From the NCBI GenBank assembly GCA_002104945.1, contig MCFH01000202.1, positions 1 through 17,806 on the forward strand: DNA of 17,806 nt. Direction: 5' to 3'. The notes below the pieces were generated by a model. The model was not told where the DNA came from, made no database searches, and saw only the letters and a list, made by a program, of their open reading frames with translations. Positions 10,260 to 17,806 of this stretch are shown piece after piece. The position numbers and the translations under genes were made by a program. The DNA is from Piromyces finnis finn (taxonomy: Eukaryota > Fungi > Neocallimastigomycota). Each line of letters begins with the position of its first letter. Positions within the stretch are counted from its first letter, which is position 1.

Positions 10260-11150
10260 TTGCTACCTCATAAATTGAATTGAAGCCGGATGTACTTCCA
10301 ATTAAACAGAGGGCTTATAGGTTATCCAAGTCTCAACGGAAGCCTTGAAGAGTGAATTAACTAAGCTATTAATAATAAGCTTATAGAACCGTCTAGTTCT
10401 ACTTGGTCGTCGCCAGTGGATTAGTTCCTAAGAAGAATAATAAATGGCGCATGTGTGTAGACTATCGCCGTTTAAATAATGTTACCATTAAAGATTCCTA
10501 CGCGTTACCATTGATAGATGATATTTTTATTTTATTAATAGAAATTCTAAATACTTACTACATTGGATCTTTTTTCTGGATATCACCAAATCCCAATGCA
10601 TCCGAATGATAGAGAAAAACTGCGTTTACTACCATGTTTGGTAATTACAATTTAAGGTGATGCCCTTTGATTATGCAATGCCCCTGCTACATTTCAAAGG
10701 GAAATGAACAGGATTTTTTTTGATTTAATTGGCACTTGCATGTTTATCTATATTGATGATCTTATTTTATTTTCTGAATCAATGGAATCCCATGTTGAAG
10801 ATTTATCCAAAGTATTTAAAATATTAAAAGATAACAATTTAAGAATTAATATTGAGAAGTGTTCATTTTTTAAAACTGAAGTAGAATTATTAGGTCATAT
10901 ACTTATCATAAATGGTATTTCTCCAATTCCTAGTAAAATTAGTGTGATTTCTAACTGGATACCACCAAAGAATGTAACTCAAGTTAAATCTTTCCTGGGA
11001 GCCATAGGTTACTATAGGAAATTTATTAAAAACTTTGCTCAAATAGCAAAACCTTTATTTAACCTTATGAAGAATGACGTTCTTTTGTTTGGACTGAAGA
11101 ATGTAATTCGGCATTTGAAGATCTTAAAGGTAGATTAATCTCGGCTCCTA
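10260..11150 (+). pseudogene. pol: Reverse transcriptase (plus thumb/connection) of element 1
   Basis: [40 protein letters not shown] at 10749-10760, LLGH, SFLGAIGYYRKFIKNFAQIAKPL. Confidence 0.95.
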
Positions 11151-11159
11151 TTTTATCCA

Positions 11160-11555
11160 CTCCGGATTATTCTAAGCCATTTATCATTAGAACCGATGCT
11201 TCCGAGATGGTTTAGGTGGTGTCTTATTACAATGTATAGATGGTAAGACCGAAGTTCCAATTTATTTTGAAAGTAGATCTTTATCTTCTGCGGAAAATAA
11301 TTACAGCATAACGGACTTAGAGGGTAAAGCCGTGTTTCATTGCGTGAAGAAATTCAAACCATTTATTACTGGAAATTCAATGGTTACCACAGTCATCACG
11401 GACCATAAGCCTCTTGTTGGTATCTTCGGAAATAGGGAACCTACCAATAGTCGCCACCTCAAGTGGGTTATGGAACTGTCTATTCTTAACATGGAAGTTC
11501 GATTTGAAGAGGGGAAGAGAAATGTTATTGCGGATGCTTTGTCTAGATTAAAGTC
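11160..11555 (+). pseudogene. pol: RNase H of element 1
   Basis: KPFIIRTDAS, NYSITDLEGKA, VITDHKPL, NVIADALSRL. Confidence 0.92.
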
Positions 11556-11657
11556 AAAGTCACAGTTGGAACATACAGAAGATAATGTGGATTGTAATGA
11601 AGTGGTTAATATTATATCAATAATAATAGAAATAATAATCAAAATATTAATAATTTT

Positions 11658-12780
11658 ATGGAGGAATATATCAATAAAAAAATAATTAACATTGATGGTA
11701 TTAAATATTACAAGCAAGGTGAAAATCTCAGGAAAATCATTGAGGATATAGAGTCCCAAGTTCTGTTGATAGAGAAGGCGCATAGTATTGGTCACGAAGG
11801 TACTTTCAAAACCTATAACAGGTTAAAAAGAGATTATTATTAGAAGCATATGAAAGAAGATGTAATAAATTATATTAAATGTTGTTACCGTTGTCAAACA
11901 CGTCGACCACAAACATTAAATAAAAATTCAGAAGATATAGCTACTCCTCCTGGATATCCTTTTTCCAGAGTTGGTTTAGATTTGATCGGGCCTCTTCCTA
12001 GAACAAAAAATAATAATAAATATATAATTGTATTAGTAGACTATTTAACAAAGTGGGTAGAAGCTGAACCATTAACTTCTACAGAGTCGGAAGATGTAAT
12101 AAATTTCTTAAAAAGGGTATTTGCTAGACATGGAGTTCCGGAAATTCTAGTGACGGATAATGGACCTCAATTTACTTCGGACAAAACAAAGGCTTTTTTG
12201 GATCTTCATGATGTTTACGTGCAATACATTACTACTTACCACCCAGCTTCTAACGGTGAGGTTGAAAATAGAAATAGAGAAATTGGGAAATATCTACGTC
12301 TATTAGGAGAAAATACGGACGACTGGGATGAAACACTTTATAGTGCTCTTTGGGCTTTAAGAACATGCAAGAATGAAGTTACTAAATATAGTAGTTTTGA
12401 ACTACTTTATGGTAGAAGAGACTTACAACCTTTTGAATTATCAATCAGATGAAGAATATTGGCTTCGCAAGTTTATCACACACAATAAATGGATTCGTGA
12501 AGCCATAAATAATATAGAAACAGCGAATAAATTATGGGAAGATCGCCGCAAACAAATTAAAAGAATGAAAAGTAATTACAAACCTGGGGACTTAGTTTTA
12601 ATAAAGTTATTCAATAGGAGAAAGTTAGATCCATACTTTACCGGACCATTACGTGTTGTTAAGAAAGAGTTGAATACGGTAACTGTATGTGATCCTGTTA
12701 CAGGTGAGATAGCAGAAAGAAACATTCACCTAAAGAATGGTATTCCTTATATCACCGAGATTAACTTAGACAATGAATAA
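11658..12780 (+). pseudogene. pol: Integrase of element 1 (HHCC, D-D35-E, GPY/F-like tail; no chromodomain)
   Basis: AHSIGH...YY*KHM...CCYRC, then GLD / TDNG / GEVE with 35 residues between the second D and E, then YKPGDLV...YFTGP. In-frame TAG at 11841-11843, frameshift near 12450, stop at 12780. Confidence 0.95.
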
Positions 12781-13397
12781 ATGTTCAGGTGGAACTAATA
12801 AAATAATAATATATAAAAAAAAAAAAAAACATAATAATAATATATATAATATATATAATAACAATAATAATATAATAATAATAATAATTAAAAATAAGTT
12901 TATAAATATAAATGTAAATAAATGAGTATAGTAAATGAATAATAATAATAATAATAATACAATCTAAGTAGAACTTCAATATGAGTATATAAAAGGAGCA
13001 TATTAATATACATACATAAAGTAGAAATAATGAGAATTAAATAGTACCAATAATATATATATAATTGATATATATAGAATAAAATATAATATATAATATA
13101 TATTATAAATCAAAATGAAATCATCAAATTTCCAATTAGAAAATATAAATGTAAATTGTGAAATCCATTTAGCAAAATTCTAATTAATAATTATAATATT
13201 AATCATAATGATAATAATATATAATAGGAAATAGGAAAATAATAATGATAATAATACAAATAATATATAAATTAATAATTAATTATGTTTATTCATTAAA
13301 TAAGAAAAATATATGAAGACTAGATGAAATCATAATATCTAATTTCAACATTCTTTATATATAAAGTATATAAAAAAAAATAAGATTTTAAACTTAC

Positions 13398-13399
<2 letters not shown>

Positions 13400-13431
<32 letters not shown>
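13400..13431. repeat. A32 homopolymer
   Basis: Run of 32 A directly after aacttacct. Confidence 0.9.
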
Positions 13432-13434
<3 letters not shown>

Positions 13435-14014
13435 ATATAATATTTAATTCTTATAAAAAAAAAAAAATTAAATTTTCTTTCATTTTTTAGGACATTATTT
13501 TATTACAACATCAATAATTATAGTCTAAGAAATATAATTTACTTTATAATGAATAAATTTTAAATAAATTTTAAGTCTAGACTAAGTGAGGGCGTTTTGA
13601 TACGTTACCTCTATAAAAATAGGAAATTAGCATAAATTCTAGGAAAAAAATAATTTAGGTTAGAAAATAATAATAATACAATATTGTAGAATAAATCATT
13701 AATGTACATTAATGTACATAGTTAATAATAGTAATAATTACAATATAATAATATAGCGGAGTTATAGGAAAGAGGATAAAAAAATAGTATAAAAAATAAG
13801 AGAAAAGGAATGATTTTGAGGAGAGAGTTAGTTTAAGAATTTTTTGGAAGAGAATTATTTAAAGGGTTTAAATAATTCTATCAGGTTATATTATTTGTTA
13901 TTAAATATAAATTATTCTTATTCTTTTAATTGTAAACCTTTTAACTTTTAATAAATAAAATTGAAAGAAAGAGACATATAATTTATATAATATCTTTGTT
14001 TTATCTTTAATCTT

Positions 14015-14260
14015 TATTTATAATTAATGTATTGAAATTGTTATTATTAACTTCTTTATTAGAATATATTATTTTAAATTTCCCTATTTGCTTTGTCCTA
14101 AAATAAATAAATTATTTTGTGGTACTTTATGAAAATATATTTATAATTAATGTATTGAAATTGTTATTATTAACTTCTTTATTAGAATATATTATTTTAA
14201 ATTTCCCTATTTGCTTTGTCCTAAAATAAATAAATTATTTTGTGGTACTTTATGAAAATA
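14015..14260. repeat. Perfect 123-bp tandem duplication (14015-14137 / 14138-14260)
   Basis: Two identical units, tatttataattaatgtattgaaattg...gtggtactttatgaaaata. Confidence 0.95.
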
Positions 14261-14269
14261 TTGTATCAT

Positions 14270-14766
14270 TGTAAAAGGTGTTTTTTTATATTATTAGTTA
14301 ATAAGTTATTAATTAGTCAATTAAGTTAATTATTACCTCTCTATACGAGTTAATAACTAAATAAAGTTTTATAAAAAATAATAAAAGAAAGAAAATAAAT
14401 ATTATAACACAAAAGTAAATATAAGTATATATAAATATTATTATGAAATAAATTTACTTAAATAATTGTTTTTTAATTATATCTTTTATTTATTTATTAT
14501 AATTATAATACATTAATTATTATTATAGCTATTAATTTACTTTAATACTAACGCTAAAGTATTCAACGTTAGTTTTAACTATACTATTTAACTATATTAG
14601 TTTATTTTCTTTACCACTTGATTGGGTAAAGCAAATAAACTTCCTATTTAATTAATAACCATTAATATATGGTTATGCATATATCTGGCCAATAAATGGT
14701 GACCAGAATATATGGTTTCAATTGAAATATTTGTAGGCAAACTTATAGCCACAAATATTTCTTACA
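14270..14766 (-). repeat. Putative 3' LTR of element 2 (~497 bp)
   Basis: On the minus strand it starts TGTAAG 3 nt after the polypurine tract and can end ...CCTTTTACA at 14270, giving TGTAA/TTACA inverted termini. The distal boundary is unverified because the 5' LTR lies outside the window. Confidence 0.55.
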
Positions 14767-14769
14767 ATG

Positions 14770-14776
14770 CCCCCCT
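14770..14776 (-). other. Polypurine tract (PPT) of element 2
   Basis: AGGGGGG on the minus strand, between the pol stop (14788) and TGTAAG (14766). Confidence 0.75.
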
Positions 14777-14787
14777 AAGGAGAAAAC

Positions 14788-15851
14788 CTAGGCAGGGTTT
14801 TGGACAATAACCATGAATTCCTGGTAGCATTTATCTTGAAATTCCTTGAGTAGCTTATCATAGTGGGAGTTCTTGTCGATGATATCAGCATCAACCCACT
14901 CTTGCCTAAAGTCACTAAAGGTAGCTAAATATTGGTAGTTATCCTTCTTTCTTCGGGCATTCATGATTTTGATGATTTTCTGGTAGCCCACTGGTGCAGG
15001 TGTTAGTTCTTCAGGTTTGTTATGGTAGGGTTCAAGTTCACTGATATGAAACACTGGGTAGACGTTGGGGAAAGGTGACTTGCTGATATCCAACCGGTAG
15101 TTAAGCTTGCTCTCATCAATCCCAATAACCTTGAATGCTCCGTACTTCCTTGCTTGTAGCTTGTAGAAAGGGAGAGGGTTGTAATTTTCTGGTTTTCTTA
15201 ACCACACCAAGTCCAATAGCCTAATTTTTGGATAGTTAAGTTCTCTTTTACTATCTAAGTGGTCCAAGAACCGTGTTCTTGATATATCCAGCATGTGCTT
15301 TAAGTTACCTAAGTTGCGGGCAAAGCTATCTAATACAGGAGCTTCACCAAGTGAGTGAACAAGCTCTGAGTCTTGAGGGTTCATATGTACCTGGTAGTTA
15401 TACAAGGCTAAGAATGGTGACTGCTTGGTAGAACTGTGTACTGCATTATAATAGCAGAACTCAGCCAAGTACAAGTACTTCAACCATTCATCATCATCAA
15501 AGGTTTTCACAAAGCATCTAAGGTACATACTTACGTAGGAGTTGTTACGTTCTACCTGACCAACCGTTTCGTGATGGCTAGTGGTAGCAAGGTTTACTTC
15601 TACACCAAAGAACCTCATAATGTCCTTCCACAACTTACTAGTGAACTGGACACCACGATCCGTAGTAACCGATTTAGGACAACCATGCAACTTGAATACA
15701 TGTTGTAAGTACGCTAATGCTGTTTCTTTGGCAGTAGGCATACTCCTAAATCCTACTAAGTGTATCATCTTGGTTAACTTATCACTGCAAACCATGATAC
15801 AACCCCTTCTAGTGACTTCCGGTGGTTCTGAAGGATCACTATCTGCTTTTT
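14788..15851 (-). pseudogene. pol: Integrase core and C-terminus with chromodomain-like tail (element 2, downstream of the insertion)
   Basis: 335-aa ORF: SDKLTK, HGCPKSVTTDRG, GQVERNN (D-35-E), KYGAFKV, VFHISELEPY, then YQKIIKIMNARRKKDNYQYLATFSDFRQEWVD..LLKEF (14839-14985). Confidence 0.93.
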
Positions 15852-16676
15852 TGTAAAAGTATAAAATTTAAAACAGATTTTATACTTAAAACAAAACAAT
15901 TATTATTAACACAAAAATAAAAAATAAAACATTAAATTTTTATTTTTAAAAAAAACATTTTTATTTAAACTCTTAAAAATATTATTAACTATATAATAGT
16001 TAATAATTAAAAAATTGAAAATAACAATTACATCGATTTAATAAACAAAAATTACATGTATTTATATTTTTTCATAATTATATTCTAATATATTATTCTA
16101 TTTAAATAAACATATATTTAATATAAAATAAATAAAACTAATTTAATTAAATAATAAAATAACAGAACTAAACTAAACTAATTCATTACACTTTTTAATT
16201 CAATTTGAGTAAACTCAAAATTGAATAAAGCCCATGTATTTCTATAAATTAATTTAATATTATCAATACTATTCTTATATATTTCCTATTGAAATATAAA
16301 TAAATCTATTTTTAAAACTAAGTTAAAATTATTAAACTATTCTAAATTTAAATAAAAAAAAGTATAATCTATTCTAAAATTAAATAAAAAAGTATTTAAA
16401 AAAAATATTTTAATTATTTAAAATATTTGAAATATTTAAATTTATTTAAAATATTTGAAAATATTTAAATTTTATTTAAAATTCTTTTATTCCTTAAACT
16501 TAAATATTTATCTTAATTTAAATTTAACGGAATTATTATAAAATAATTTATTATTAAATTATTTCCATAAAATTTATTCAAAAATTTTATAATCAGTTTT
16601 ACTAAATATTAATTTATTATTTAATAATTAATAATTAATTATTAAATAATCTAAAGATATATATTATATCTTTACA
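15852..16676. mobile_element. 825-bp AT-rich insertion (family copy C), solo-LTR-like, interrupting element 2 integrase
   Basis: TGTAAA...TTTACA termini with CTTTT(t)/CTTTT flanks. The integrase frame is restored on excision. It shares the caatttgagtaaact..aaa..cccatgtatt core with copies A and B. Confidence 0.8.
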
Positions 16677-17806
16677 CTTTTCTTCGTTCCCTGATAGGTA
16701 AATCCGTCAGGAAGTCAATTTCTACTTCTTGCCAAGGCAAATCTGCAACATTTACCCTAGCAACGCTACCGTACGGCTTGTGCTTATTGTCCTTTTGGGT
16801 ACAACATATGGTGCAAGCTTTTATGTAACCCGCAACGTCATCCCTCATTTTTGGCCAGTAGTTAGTTTCTGGCTATCAGGTCATAAGTTTTTATCTTTTC
16901 CCAGATGACCTGCTGTTTCACTATCGTGGTTAAGTTTTATGATTGTTTTCTCTTTAATACCTTTGGTACGTATGTACGTTCTGGTGCATCCTTTCTAACA
17001 ATCAACCCATTAACCATCAACAACTTCTTTTTGATGAGCTTGTGGCCTCTCTTTGCATCAAGACCTTCTTTTATTTCCCTCGCAAGCTCATCCGTATTGT
17101 AAGCTTGTTTTAATTCCCCTACAAAGGCTTACCTCTAACATCGCATAGAACTCTTCTTCCATGGGTGGAAATTCTTTGACCTGTTCAGGTCGAAGGAGGC
17201 TAGCTTTTTCCATCTCCAATTGTACCTGTTCTGGAGATACCATTCTTGATAGGATATCGGCTCTACCATTCATTTTCCCTGGCCGATATATTATCTCGAA
17301 GTTGTATGCAGCAAACAGCTCTTGCCATCTTGCCTGTCTTGCTGTCAACAACTGTGGTTTTGTGGCGAACAGGAGATTCCTGTGGTCACTATATACTAGG
17401 ACCTTATGTTTCACACCCATTAACAGGTGTCGCCACTCAATGAAAGCATTCCTAATAGCCAACAACTCCTTTTCTGTGATGGAGTAGTTGATTTCTGCTT
17501 TCGTAAGCTTCTTGGAGTAGTAATACACAGGGTGTAGTTCGTTGTCATCACCGAGTTGTGACAATACACCACCAACTGCGTAATTACTAGCGTCACACTC
17601 CACTATAAACTGACGGTCGTGGTCAGGATATGCTAATACTGGTGGAGCTAGTAGCATTTCTTTTAATTTTCAAACGCCTGAATACGTTCTTCATTCCACA
17701 GGAACTGTACCTTTTTGGACGTCATAGCATATAACGGTCTTGCTATCTTAGAGAAGTCCTTTATAAACTTCCTATAATAGTTACAGAACCCAAGGAACGA
17801 CTGTAG
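16677..17806 (-). pseudogene. pol: Element 2 pol: RT thumb, RNase H, integrase HHCC and first catalytic Asp (frameshifted)
   Basis: [25 protein letters not shown]; ECDASNYAVGGVLSQ, TEKELLAI, YSDHRNL, RADILSR; NHDSETAGHLG..YYWP..CTIC; PWQEVEIDFLTDLP. Needs several 1-nt corrections in homopolymers. Confidence 0.93.

Larger units (their letters stand above)
7400..12780 (+). mobile_element. Ty3/Gypsy LTR retrotransposon 1, near-complete gag-pol coding region (many frameshifts, one in-frame TAG; LTRs not identified)
   Basis: Domain order gag/Zn knuckle - protease - RT - RNase H - integrase, which is the Ty3/Gypsy order. Confidence 0.93.
14270..17806 (-). mobile_element. Ty3/Gypsy retrotransposon 2 (chromovirus-like), 3' portion, extending beyond the window
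   Basis: RT thumb - RNase H - integrase - chromodomain-like tail - PPT - LTR start on the minus strand. Confidence 0.92.

Noticed and set aside
11337-11795. 152-aa minus-strand ORF
   Set aside because: Antisense to RNase H/integrase, with Ile runs derived from aat repeats.
12785-12979. 64-aa hydrophobic ORF that looks like a membrane peptide
   Set aside because: Translation of (att)/(tat) low-complexity DNA.
12986-12996. TATATAAAAGG as an LTR TATA box / 3' LTR of element 1
   Set aside because: No PPT, no TG...CA boundary and no matching copy upstream of gag. The motif is expected by chance at this AT content.
15436-15856. Plus-strand ORFs 15436-15708 and 15581-15856
   Set aside because: Antisense shadows of the element 2 integrase.
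15852-16676. Insertion interpreted as a spliceosomal intron
   Set aside because: A minus-strand GTAAAG donor exists, but joining it to the nearby AG acceptors gives immediate stops. The TG...CA plus TSD reading restores the frame.
16905-17487. Plus-strand ORFs 16905-17102, 17161-17487 and 17246-17443
   Set aside because: Antisense shadows of element 2 RNase H/integrase.
1-17806. Prokaryotic systems (CRISPR array, retron/DGR, IS elements)
   Set aside because: No regularly spaced repeat-spacer array. All RTs are Ty3-type, with RNase H and DDE integrase in LTR-retrotransposon order where the element is complete enough to tell.

Overview
Extremely AT-rich eukaryotic window made almost entirely of nested, frameshifted LTR-retrotransposon sequence. 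The host is probably an anaerobic gut fungus (Neocallimastigomycota); this is inferred from composition and the Ty3 plus Copia content, not proven. Positions 1-8122 form one ~8.1 kb palindrome with its axis at 4080/4081. The arms differ almost only by 1-2 nt indels, so it is either a long-read or assembly fold-back or a very recent inverted duplication. Each arm carries a gag 5' part, copies of an AT-rich LTR-like repeat family, a Ty1/Copia protease plus pre-integrase fragment missed by the ORF track, a Ty3 RT fragment and a Ty3 gag-pol linker fragment. The right arm runs into a near-complete Ty3/Gypsy gag-pol on + (~7400-12780: Zn knuckle, protease, RT YIDD, RNase H, HHCC/DDE integrase). A second, more GC-rich, chromodomain-bearing Ty3 on - (14270-17806, open at the window end) lies tail-to-tail with it. 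Its integrase is split by an 825-bp solo-LTR-like insertion of the same AT-rich family. No host genes, RNA genes or CRISPR arrays are supportable. I do not see a convincing novel system. The best leads are the palindrome axis sitting on a pre-existing hairpin, and the hairpin-rich AT repeat family.
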